Part shown: in pieces, positions 13,401 through 26,758 of the stretch
Layout: each line of letters starts with the position of its first letter
Position numbering within the stretch: the first letter of the stretch is position 1
Source of the DNA: Chrysomallon squamiferum
Lineage: Eukaryota > Animalia > Mollusca
Assembly (NCBI GenBank): GCA_012295275.1
Contig: CM022670.1
Location: 5,766,001 to 5,830,000 of the forward strand
Direction of reading: 5' to 3'
Length of the DNA: 64,000 nucleotides
Position numbers and translations under genes: made by a program
The notes under the pieces: generated by a model
What the model saw: the letters and a program-made list of their open reading frames with translations, nothing else
Databases searched by the model: none
What the model was told of the DNA's origin: nothing

Positions 13401-16400
13401 AGCTGGAATGACCAATATCTCAGTGATGTCTCACTTTATATTTATACACAACTCTGTAGGTTTTATGTGAGAGAAAAAACTTGCAAAAATACTGACAATA
13501 AATAGAAACAGTCAGGTTATGGATAAAACAATTTAAAAAAACCTGATAATCAGGCAGTGAGCTTTCCTCACATGTGACGTTATAATAATGAACAGCTGGC
13601 ATGACACACCCTTTGTAATGAAGTTAATTAAACCTAACTTGCAATATGGAGATACTGCTGCTCTTGTAATGTCACATTTCTAAACTATAATATTTTTTAT
13701 TTTTATTTTTTCTAGTCCATCGCAATGGCAAGTGGTTGACAGTCAGGTGGACAAAGGTTGTGGTTGGTGACATTGTCAAAGTTGTTGATAATGGTTTCTT
13801 TCCTGCAGATTTGATCTTGCTGTCCTCAAGGTGCTACTCTTCATTCTGCTATTAATTTATCTACGATTAACATATGTAATAAATAGAAATAAAAAAGTTT
13901 ATTATTTAGTTTACAGACAATTGTTTGGAATTTGCTTAAACACTTTACAATTCTGAGTGAAAATGATTAAATAACTGTTACATTTAATATGATTCAGTAA
14001 ACTCATTGAGTTGTAGCCTTTCAGAACATCAAGGTGCATATTTCTGAAAAAGATTTCTATATTCACTTTGTTGATTAAAATATTTGTACATGTTGTATGT
14101 ATTTTGAACGGTTACATGCTGTTTTGTGCCCTTCAGATTTACAAATTTAGAAGAGAAAAATGACTATAATATGTAAATCCAGAGATTAAATTACACATTT
14201 ATTCGAATTATTAACAATTGTCTACTGAAACATGGAATTACTGATCATAGCAAGCATAGAAAAACATTCCAAACAATAAAACATTTATCACTGAATTATA
14301 AAAAACAACAAAAATCTGTTGTATTATCATCTTATATTTATCCTTTCTTTTTATCTTACTAAAAGATATTCTCTTAAATTCTTACTGAACAAAAGATTGT
14401 GTGAAATAATGTTTCCGTTTCACTCTCGTGTTTTATCTGTCCTTTTGTTTTACAGTGAACCGCAGGCTATGTGTTATGTAGAAACATCCAATCTTGATGG
14501 AGAAACTAATCTTAAACTTAGACAGGTTTGTACTGTCATTGTACAGATACTAATAGACAGCTGAGTTTAAGTATTACTGAAACCAGAAACAGTAGTATGT
14601 TTGTTATTACATATCTGACAAAGTTGTTAAATAAAACGCATTTTCCTTATTTTCATACACAAAGTAAAACATCAGCAGCTTATTAACAGATGTATGTTTT
14701 GTCTGGTAAGTTTGACATCTCTTGATCTCCATTACAGACACACTGAAGAAAGAGGTAAACTGGATCATTAATAAAATTGTTAGATTTCTAGATGCTGATT
14801 TACTGTTGGTCTATGTATTGATTATTTTTTTTTAAATTCTAATTTTGTCATTTTGTTTTGAATCCAGGGCCTGCCAATAACAGGAACACTGCTTTCAACT
14901 GAAGATCTAAAAAAATTTAGAGGCATAATAGAGTGTGAGATGCCAAATAAACATCTTTATGACTTTGTTGGCAACTACAGAGCTCCAAACAATACGTGAG
15001 TGATTTGTTATTTTTTAGCAACTGTTTATTTATTTTATTTATAGTACAAAGATTTAACTGTTTTAATACAGAAAGTTCTATAGTGTTTTAAAATTCATAT
15101 TCTGAAATTTTTTGTTTGTTTTGGGATATTGTGAGTATTTCTTTTCATACAAGTCTTTGTAATATATTATTTTCATATTGATTTAATACAAATGTTGAAA
15201 TATAATTTTTACTTTGGGAAAAAAACGTAGGAAGCTGAGTTTTATTATTCATATTTGATATTTTCAGGGCTTATCCATTTGGGCCAGACCAGTTACTGCT
15301 TAGAGGAGCCATTCTGAAAAACACAAACTGGATATTCGGTATTGAGTTTTTTCTTTGTGTAACTTCATAACTTTATTGCAGTATGTCATAATTTAATATC
15401 ACAATGATTTTACAGAAACAAATATCAGCAAGTTTAAAATTGTTAGTTTTAAAAATAATGACTTATTATTAGATATTGTTCTCAGTTTTTATTCTGTTTT
15501 CAGATATTTCATACAGTATTTTTGTAATGTTTGATTTACAAATTATTACAGGTGTGGTGGTGTATTCTGGACCACAGACCAAGTTGATGTTGAACTCCAC
15601 AAGTACACCACTGAAACGATCGAATGTTGAGAAAATGACAAACACACAGGTAAATCATTTACTTAGCTAGTTATTATTTATTGAAAAACACATCTGTTAA
15701 TATGTGTTGAAGATATTAATTATAGAATCTTGTATTAATCTTGTATTTGTATTTCAAATTCTGCTATTGGGATGCAAATGGTTATGATTGATTTTATATT
15801 TGATGTACTTCTATTTTTTATGATTATTATTGTTATTGTTATTTTATTATATTTTATTTTATATTTTTACTTTTTTGTTTTTTTACTTTTTTACTTTTTA
15901 TCTCTTTTTTTTGATTGGTTGTTTGGTGTATTGTTAATGTCTGTCTTTTATTGTGTTTCAGATTCTGCTGCTGTTTGTCATTCTGGTAATTCTGGCAGTG
16001 GTGAGTGCAGTAGCCAATACATACTGGGTACAACGTCACAAAGACAGAGCCTGGTACCTCTTCTTCAAAGGTGAGAACACTGTTATCTATCAAATGTAGC
16101 ATAAACAGTCATCTAATTATCTTTTATTACTTAGCAATTGTAAAATAAAATACAGCAGATTACCTTTATCTTGTCACCTTTTGCTTCCTAGTCATATTTT
16201 TATATCCAGTTACATTAGAAATGTTGTTTCATTTCATTTAATATTTTCTCACTCAAACAGAAATGCCTCCATCCAACTTTGGCTACAACCTGCTGACTTT
16301 CATCATCTTGTACAACAACCTCATTCCTATAAGTCTGCAAGTCACGCTCGAGCTTGTCAAGTTTGTTCAGGCTATCTTCATTAACTGGGTAAAAACCATA

Positions 16401-19400
16401 TATCTTTTGTAAAACTTTAATAACTGTGCAAAAAGAATATACTTCTAAAAAAATTTAATACCCCAGTAAAAACAAACTATCTTTTATAAAACATCAATAG
16501 CCCATTGAAAACAATATATCTTTATAAAACTTTAATAAATGAGTAAAACAAAAACTCTTGTAAATTTTGATTTTATGTGTAAATTGTACTGCCATTTCAC
16601 AGAATGAACATTAATTTTTATAATTACATTTCAAGATACTGACACTATAATATACATTTCAGGATACAGACACTATATTTCAACAAATTGACACTGCATT
16701 TTACATTTCAGGATATTTACATTACATTTTACATATTGGAATACTGACATTATATTTTACATTTCAGGATATTGACATGTATCACAGTGAAACAGACACA
16801 TGTGCGATGGCCAGAACATCAAACCTAAATGAAGAGCTGGGTCAGGTGAGTTGACTTGTTGATTAGTAGCTTGTTATAGATCACACTGTTTTAACAGTTT
16901 TTATCTAATTTACATTATTATTTTATAGGTTTTTTAGTTCACAATAATAATTTATAGTGTATTTTTTTTATTTTTTTTTATTTCAGAATAATAATTTATA
17001 ATTTCTCATCAATGCACAGTAATTTATATATATTTTTTTTATCTCAGTAATTAGAATTTTCTTTAGTAGCTCATAATTAATAGAAAATCATAGAAAATAC
17101 ATAATTATGATTAATAATATACAAAATTTAAAACAGTTTATATAGAAACAAACATTTGTCACATGTCTCTTAGTGATAGAATAACAGAATAGAATCTTTT
17201 TTTAATTTTATTTCTTCCAAATATAGTTTATTTTAAAATTGTAATTTTTGTTTTGTTGTTTGCAGGTCAAATACATATTTTCTGATAAAACTGGAACTCT
17301 GACCAAAAATGTGATGGTTTTTAAAAGATGCTCTGTAGCTGGAATTGTTTATGGGTGTGTAGATTTCATTACCCACATTACTTCTATAGTGCTTCAATAT
17401 TATATTTATTTAATTTATGTTTTTATCTAAAGTTAATATGGATGTTTTCGTTATTTTGTTTTGTGATGTTCTTTATGTTTTTATCATTTGTTTGGAGACA
17501 AATAATATTTTTTAATGATAAATTGAGTATCATTTCTTTTAAATAAAATGTTTTAAATTAATAATTATGGTTTATCATACATTACTCTGATTTAACAGAT
17601 GTTTTTGACCAGATATTTTTATTTAAAAACATGTTAATAAAATATTTGTAGGAGTCCAGATCCACACCTTGAGTCTTTTGATGACCAAGCACTGATAAAC
17701 AATCTGAAATCAAAACATGTAAATACTACTTTAACTATTACTTCATCTTGTTAGTCTTTAACAGATATTTTCTATATTACAATTTCTCTATCAGTTTTGT
17801 TGTAACTAATACATAAAAATTGTCACTGAGAAATACACAGCTGTGATTTATCAATTGTTACTTGTTTCAGGAACATCCTGTTCAAGATGCCAGAATCAAT
17901 TTGCAAAATGAAATAAATTTCATTATAAAGAAAATGAGTCAGTGAAAAAAATGGGTGATATTTCTTTTTGATACACATGAAGTATCATGAGTTAAATAAT
18001 TTTATATATTTGTTTTGGGGTTGCTGTTTGATGGTTTTGGCCTATTGTCGTTAATCTGAATGTATATTTCTAATTATAAATTGATTGAATTAGTTAATTA
18101 TTCTTATTTTTAAAATAAAGAAAACTGCGAATGTGATTCGTGAGTACTTGGTTCTGTTAGCTATCTGTCACACAGTGGTTCCTGATAAAAACCAAGACTT
18201 GGACAGAATCACATACCAAGCATCCTCTCCAGGTAAATATATTTCTCACTGCTTTAGTTAATTACCAGTTTGAAAAAAAATATTTAATTGATCATTTCTC
18301 TTTTTCTTTTTTTCTTTTTTTATTGTTATCATTATTTATATTTATTTTTTGTTTGTTTATTTGAAGATGAAGCAGCATTGGTGAATGCTGCTAAAAAACT
18401 TGGCTTTGTGTTTACAACTAGAACCCCTGAAACAGTCACCATAGAAGTTGTAAGTACAAAAATCTTATATCACTTCCTGTATCTTTAGTGAATGCTATTT
18501 TAATTTAAAACTGATCTACATATTTATATATGTATATTTCTGAGATGCTGTTATTCATGATCTCATTCTTTCTTTTCTTTCTGTTTGTCATTGAAATTTA
18601 ACTTAAAATTGATGATGAAAACATTTTGACTTTTTTATTCAGTTTGGAAAACCAGAAAAGTATGAAATCCTCAATGTATTGGAGTTCACCAGGTATTATA
18701 TTTGCTAAATCAAACTGGAAATTTAATGAAATTTTTGATTTTGTATATGTTTCAACACCTGTTTCATCATTATGAATTTTTTTGCACTCCACAAATTTTG
18801 AGTTATTCAAGTATTCATTAAATAATGTTTTGAAAGCAAAGTTTTAAATATTTTTTATATAACTGCCCTTGATTGTCAAATGTAACTTTTAAAACTGTAC
18901 TTATGTTTACTTTGCTTATATTCATGCACATTTTTGTTTAAGTACAAGAAAACGCATGTCTGTGGTTGTTCGCAATCCTGATGGCAGAATCATGTTGTAC
19001 ACAAAAGGAGCTGTGAGTTTTTTAATAAATTAAATACCAATTACTAATACATCACTCATATTCACTTCTTTCACTTGATATTAAAGTCTAAATGGGAATT
19101 TGGCAATGATTTAAAGACTTTATGTAGTCTTCATACTTCAGTGTATTAATTACTTTTAACCTACATTTTGATTTTGTAGAACCAGTGACTTAGAAATGAA
19201 CCTAACTCACTAAAGCAGATAAAAATCTACTGTTGTAATAATAATGATACACACAGAGTAATATTTCAAACTCAGTACTATTATAATAATTGTGAAATAT
19301 TTCAGGACACAGTCATTTTTGAAAGACTGAGTCAGTCTCAGCCATACAAGGATGTGACTCTACAACACCTTGAAGAGTTTGCTGTGTTAGGTGAGCAGGT

Positions 19401-22400
19401 GTTAAATATATTTTTATTTTACTCACTATTAATGTACAGTGAATAGGTTTTAAATGTATTTTTACTTTACTCAGTTTTTATGTGTTTAGGGTTTTTGTAC
19501 CCTCCATATTTTTACTACAACAAAGATATCAAAGAGTTTTTATGTATTTCAGGTCTTCGTACCTTGTGTATTGCTACTGCTGATGTATCAAAGAGTTTTT
19601 ATGACAAGTGGAGAGAGACATATTACAAGGCCAGCACTGCAATACACAACAGAGAGAAAAAAGTGGAAGAAGCTGCAGAACTGATAGAAAAGGCAAATAG
19701 TTTATTTCTTTCTGGTAGTAGTCTCAGTGTTACCTCTGAAACATTATGAAAGAGATTTCATGCTGCTAATCAACAAAGTCTCAGGCTTTCTTTAGATATG
19801 ACATTTTTAAATATATTAACATTGATATGATACTGCAGATTTTACCTGTATGACTCATCATCTTCTGTCACTGTTAATTATAGCATTATTGATCTGTTAA
19901 TGTTAATTATTAAACTATTGATTTAATTCCTGTTTTAGAATCTGAAACTTCTTGGTGCCACTGCAATAGAAGACAAACTTCAAGATGTAAGAAATTATTT
20001 TATTTATTTCTGAAAAAAGTAAATATTTACTACATACAAAGATTTCTGATTGTTATTCTGAACACTAAACTCGAAAAAAGTGTTTTAACTGTCTAAACTG
20101 ATTCAGTTTCTACAAAGTTTATTTTATCTATATTTCTTAATTTTTTATTAAAAAATTCTGGATCCATGTTTTCAAGAAAAAAAAAATTGGTTCAGTGTAA
20201 TGTTATGTTTTTTTCATTTGAACCATGTTTTCTTTTGTTTTTGTTTGTGTTTGGTTGTTGTTATTTTTGTGGGTTAATTTTGTTTTTTAAATGAAATATT
20301 TCATCTGATTTTTAACAGGGAGTTCCTGAAACAATTGACAGTTTGGCTAAAGCCTGTATGAAGATCTGGGTTCTCACTGGAGACAAGCAGGAAACTGCTA
20401 TCAACATTGGTCAGTTTTACCTTAGTAAACATTTCTTATAAAGTAGAAAGTGATTGCAAATAAATTTAAATTTGTTTAAAATGATCTGTTTTGGTGGATT
20501 TTGTTAACTAAATATGTATATTGTAAAAAACAAATATTAATAATAATAATAATAGTTATAATGATAATTTTTTCTCTGTATTTCAGGATTTTCTTGCAAA
20601 CTGCTGACACAGAATCTGGATCTGATCATTATCAATGAAAATGGCTTGGATGTAAATATAACTTATAATATTAATATGTCTTAGTAAATGAACATTTGCA
20701 TGATTAGAGCACAGATTCTGATTTGTCCAGAAATTGCAGTTTTGAGATTCATTGTGTTTCCATCTATCTATTTCTTACTGAATTTTTGACTGAAGATGGC
20801 ACTAAAAATATATATTTATATAAATGTGTTTATGACCTCTTTAGTTGGTTTGTTTATATTTTTATTTGTTACTGATTAAGAAGTAAATTTTGAGTTTGTT
20901 TTTTCAGGCAACTCGAGATGCTCTGATCAAGAGAAAACAGGAGTTTGGAGATACCTTAGGAAAAGAGAATGAGGTTGGACTTATTGTTGATGGAAATGTG
21001 AGTACTTACAAACAATTCTTATTTTCAATGAATTTACCTTTTTCTCTGAGAAATCTTTTTTTCTTCTCATTTTATCTGTTTGTTTATCTATGTGAAAACA
21101 TCCCTTAGATCATGTAAAATTATAGTGAGTTGAAATGATATTAAGTTCAGAATAGTTTAATACTGTCTCACCAGTTGTTCTGATTTCTTTATATACACAA
21201 ATATATTAATTTGTGAATTACTTTGCCAGGTTTAAATATTTGACTTAGTGATTTTCCTGTGTTTCTTGTTATTACAGACACTGAAGTATGCTCTATCCTG
21301 TGACTGTAGACAAGATTTTCTGGAAATTGCTATTTCTTGTAAAGCTGTCATCTGCTGTAGGTAAGTTGTCATTCTTTCCACGAATAAAATCAACTACAGA
21401 CCATCCTATTTCCTGTTTCTTAACTTTATCAAACCCTGTGGTATGTGTTGTCATGTCCCAGAAAAGGAACACTACACTCTACAGATCTACAGAGTTTGAT
21501 ACCCAGTAATAATTAACAGCAAAACAATTAATGTTTTGTTCTGTCATTATTAACTACTCTCTGATAATAGAACATCGATCAGGGTTTTGTGTTATCTAGC
21601 CCCTGATTACAGAACACTGATCAGTGTTTTGTGTTAACTAGTCTCTGATTAGAGACAATTGATCAGTGTTTTGTGTTAATTAGTCTCTGATTACAAAAAA
21701 AACGCTCAGTGTTTTGTGTTAACTAGTCTGATTACAGAACACTGATCAATGTTTTGTATTAACTAGTATCTGATTATAAGAAATGGATTAGTGTTTTGTA
21801 TTAACTAGTATCTGATTATTGGAACTTGATTAGTGTTTTGTATTAACTAATCTCTGATTATTTAAAATTGATCAGTGTTTTGTACTGGTATTATTAATAA
21901 ATACTGTACTCTCAGAAAGGATGAGACAAAACAAATGTTTTATTTTTATTTCAGAGTTTCTCCAATTCAGAAGGCTGAGTTGGTGGAGTTGGTTAAGTCC
22001 TCACAGAAGGCAATCACTCTGGCTATCGGTGATGGGGCTAACGATGTTGGTATGATCCAGGCTGCCCATGTTGGTGTTGGCATTAGTGGACTTGAGGGAC
22101 TGCAGGCTGCATGTGCCTCTGACTATGCAATAGCACAAGTGAGTCAGTCTGTTATTTGACCAAACAACAATAATAATTAAAAAAAAAAAAATGGTAAATA
22201 TAAAATGTAAGTAACTTTAGTTTTTACTATAAAGAGAAAAGTTTTGTTTATAATATCCAGTTTTAGCCTCTGTTTTTTTCCCTTAATAATTTGTTTGTGA
22301 TTTTTGTTTCAGTTCCGATTTCTTCAGAAACTTCTCCTTGTGCACGGAGCATGGAGCTACACTCGACTGTGCAAACTGATTCTCTACTCATTCTACAAAA

Positions 22401-25400
22401 ACATCTGTCTGTATGTCATAGAGGTAAATGTGTTCAGTTTTCTTCAGTCACTTCTGATGTTTTCAGTGTCAAGTAAACAAATCTGATATTTTTTAAATAT
22501 TGAAGGTTTTGTTGTAGTCTTATACCTTTCATTATTCTCTGAAAAGTAAAAATTTCTCCAGTAGTCTGTCACATTATATAGTTTTTCTAAATAAAATTTG
22601 TCAGTTCAGTTACAATTTGCCATAGTAAATGTTTTTAATTTATTATAATTATTTCATTATTTTTATATATAATATCTGGTACTTCAGCAGTACTCTGTCA
22701 TACTAAATAATTTCTATATAAAATTTGTTTTGTTTCATCTGCAGTTTTCCATTACCAGTATTTTATTTATGTAATTTTGTACTTTTAGCTGTGACTTGAA
22801 TTAGTCACTGGTTTTACTAATATTTGTTATTTCAGCAGTGACTTTTTAGTAATATTTGTTTTTTCAGCTACTGTTTACAAAGTCGGTGTTTCTGTAAATG
22901 AAATTTGTTATTTTGGCCATGACATGACATAGCTGTGGTAATAATAATAATTGTTATTTCAGCTGTGGTTTGCCATAGTCAGTGGTTTCTCTGGACAAAT
23001 TCTGTTTGAGAAATGGACACTGGGTCTCTATAATGTGGTATGTGGGCCAGTTGGTCACACAGCCAGACTGTTGTTAACAATACACTGAGTACACACAAGT
23101 GAACAACTAAAATTAAATCAATAACTGTTGATTGATTTCTTGATCAATCACTGATGAGAAAAACTCGTAGACAAACATGAGCAGACTTTTGTCATGTTTA
23201 AAATGTAGTGTTTGATACCTAAAATTCTTGAGTCCTTGTCTGACAGTAAAACAGTGTGTTGTTAATGACACGCAGGGGTCATCTGATTAGATAGATTAGC
23301 TAGAGGCATGAGAGACATGCTTTAGACAATGTTTTAGTCATATCACTTGTTTTTATTGTTCTGTGTTGTATGTGTTGTGTGAATTTTATTTTGGCAGTTT
23401 TGGTTTCAAATAGCCAATGGATTTTCTGGCCAGATTCTGTTTGAGAGATGGAGTATTGGTTTATATAATGTGGTATGTATGACACACCAAAACAATCATC
23501 TGCACTTTTCTTATCACTTCTTTTAAACTAATTACAAAAATACAAATTACCATTGAGGTGTGAGGATGGTTATAAGCTATTTAACGTTTCTTTTATCTTT
23601 TTTTTTATGATACATTTTAAAACTGAATAACCCTCTTTTTAGATTAAATATTTAATTTTAATGACTCACATCATTTCAATACTTTGCACTCAAAGATAAT
23701 ATTGCATTTGATAAGTGCCATTTGATCATCAGCTGTAGTCAGAAAAATGGAGACTTAGACTAACACTGTTTATCACATTTTCACAGACAATTTATTAATA
23801 TTTAATAAAACTTGTCACATTTACATAGTTAATGTAATATTTCAGTATTAACATATAATCTGGTTTTCACAATGATAACTGTATAGTTAACACATACATA
23901 GTGTAACCAATATATTTTCATAGTATTATTATTGTTATTGTGGTTATTATTTTTATGAAGATGATGATGTCACTGTTTAGATCACAGATTTTGTTATTTA
24001 TGTATTGTTTCAGTTGTATGCACTCATGCATGAATCTGTTTCTAGTCTGTGTTTACACTCTGACTCTACTGTAGAATAGTTTTACCCTCCATTTTATCAT
24101 AACATATTAATTTATGACTGTAATAAATTAATTTTTAAGTTGATTTTTAAGAATTATTTTGATTATTTAACCAACATTCTAATGAAAAGAGAGAAATAAA
24201 AGACAGGAGTTAATTTAAGCTTTCCTAATCACGTAATAGAATTGACTGCATTGCATATAATCATATTGTAGGTTTTCACAGCTGCACCACCAATGGCAAT
24301 GGGTCTGTTTGACCGGTTTTGTTCTGCAGACACAATGATGAAGAACCCAGTACTGTACAGTGATACACAGAAAGGAAAGTTTTTCAATGTCAGAGTAAGT
24401 GAAGTTGATTGTAATACAGGATCACAATATAGAATGGGTTGTTTTGTTGTTGTTTTTTCATTGTTTTTTCATCTCATCAAAATGAGGAATCTGTTTTTCA
24501 TTTCTTTATTTTTATTTTATTTTTATTTATGTATTTATTTTTTTTATTTTTTTATCATTGTGAGAAACGTAGATTATTATACATAAGACATAGTGTAACA
24601 GTATTGTGTGTGAATATATATGTAAACCTGTGATTATCTGTAATGTGTGTGTTGCAGGTTTTCTGGTTCTGGATAATGAACTCAATATTCCACTCAGCTG
24701 TCCTCTTCTGGTTACCACTGATATCACTGCACCAAGGTAACATATTAGTAACAATCACTTGAGTCTTGTATCTCTATCTTTTTTTCTTTCTAATATGTAA
24801 GATGGATCTATATCTTAACTCTTTTTTTTTTACAGTCAAATATGTTTTATTTACAGTAAAATATTTTTCCTTTTATTTCAGATATTGCTTTTTCAAATGG
24901 AAAAATTGGTGATTATTTATTCTTAGGAAATTTCGTGTACACTGTAAGTATAAATAAATTGTTACATTTTTTTATTTGTATTTTCAGTATGTAGTTATTA
25001 CAGTTTTACTTGTATTTTCAGTATGTAGTTACTACAATGTTTTACATGTATTTTCAGTATGTAGTTACTACATTGTTTTACTTGTATTTTCAGTATGTAG
25101 TTATTAGATTGTTTTACTTGTATTTTCAGTATGTAGTTGTTATATTGTTTTACTTGTATTTTCAGTATGTATTTGTTATATTGTTTTACTTTTATTTTCA
25201 GTATGTTGTTATTATATTGTTTTACTTGTATTTTCAGTATATAGTTGTTATATTGTTTTATTTGTATTTTCAGTATGTAGTTGTTACATTGTTTTACTTG
25301 TATTTTCAGTTTGTAGTTGTTACTGTGTGTCTGAAGGCTGGATTAGAAACAAGTGCTTGGACATGTGTGAGTACAGTATACAGTTTCTTTCTATATATTT

Positions 25401-26715
25401 ATAAAATGATAGAATGAGGGAGAGGTTATAACTCACATGTATTTATACATGTCAGTTATAACCTCTCCCTCAATCTATCATTTTGTTATCTATTTCACTT
25501 ACTTGTTTCTTTGTGTTTGTGTTTCTTAGTAAAATCACACACTTGTCTTCAACCTGAACATTATAATTACACTGTTGTGTGTTTGTTTTTCAGCTGACAC
25601 ATTTGGCTATCTGGGGAAGCATTGCCTGCTGGTTTGCCTTTCTTGTAGTCTACAGTCATATCTTTCCTCATCTGAAGCTTGCTCCAGAGATGGTTGGGAT
25701 GGTAACTTGAACACATCTTACTTATTTTACGTTTTTCTTGTATATAATATGTTTGATAATAGTAGAGGAATGATGACCTATTTCATCTTACAGCTGTTTA
25801 TTAATTATTTAATAATTAGAAAAAAATTATAACTGAATTTTACAACAACAAAAAACCACATTACAAACCTATGTACTTTTAATGTGCAATTTTTTTCTAA
25901 ACTGGCAATTTAGTGTGAAAGCTTTATGACTATAATTATTATGATTTGTACTTTTTGTGTAAAAATGATTTCTTCCATATTTTCAGGATATACATGTTTA
26001 TGGCTGTTCTCTGTTCTGGTTGGGTCTTATCATCGTTCCAATGATAGCCCTGTTTAGAGACTTTGTTTGGAAAGTGTATGTATCACACACAATACTAATA
26101 ATTTTATATTATAATATCTATCACAATCTGGTTGTTACATGGTTTGTTATTCAGCTGCTAATTGTTATCTCTGTCATTATTTATTATGTTTTACTCAAAC
26201 AATTGTCTAAAGTAATAGCAAAATCCTAAATACATTTTTTTACTTACAGAATTAAACGCACTTACTTCAAGACAGCACGCCACTACATACAGGAGCTAGA
26301 ACTCAACAACAAGATTCCCATTCTGGAACCAGGGTCACCGAAGTTGAAAAGGTTTGATATCAGATTATTACATCTTTTTATTATTAAAGTGGCTTAATTC
26401 CAGCCATTACTCATACATGAAAACTTATGGCATTTATTTTCCAATCCACTTAAAAAAACAAACAGTAATTGGATATCTAATTGTTAAAAAATAAAAATAT
26501 GCATTAAATATAATTTTCCAAAGAATTTTTGTTTATTTTTATTTTTTATTTTTGAATAGACAGAGATTCATAATATTTTAAGGAGAATTTAAGTTTATAT
26601 TCATGTACAATTTTTATTTTTAGTTACTGATGACATTAATTTAAGTAACATTGTTTTATCATTATAGTGCTAGCCTTTGTACACTAGCCCATCAGTATTT
26701 ATTTCTATAAATTCC

Positions 26716-26758
<43 letters not shown>

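Noticed and set aside
25010-25417. 135-aa hydrophobic ORF as an independent membrane protein gene
   Set aside because: It is the 36-bp splice-acceptor repeat running into an ATP8A exon and has no start context of its own.
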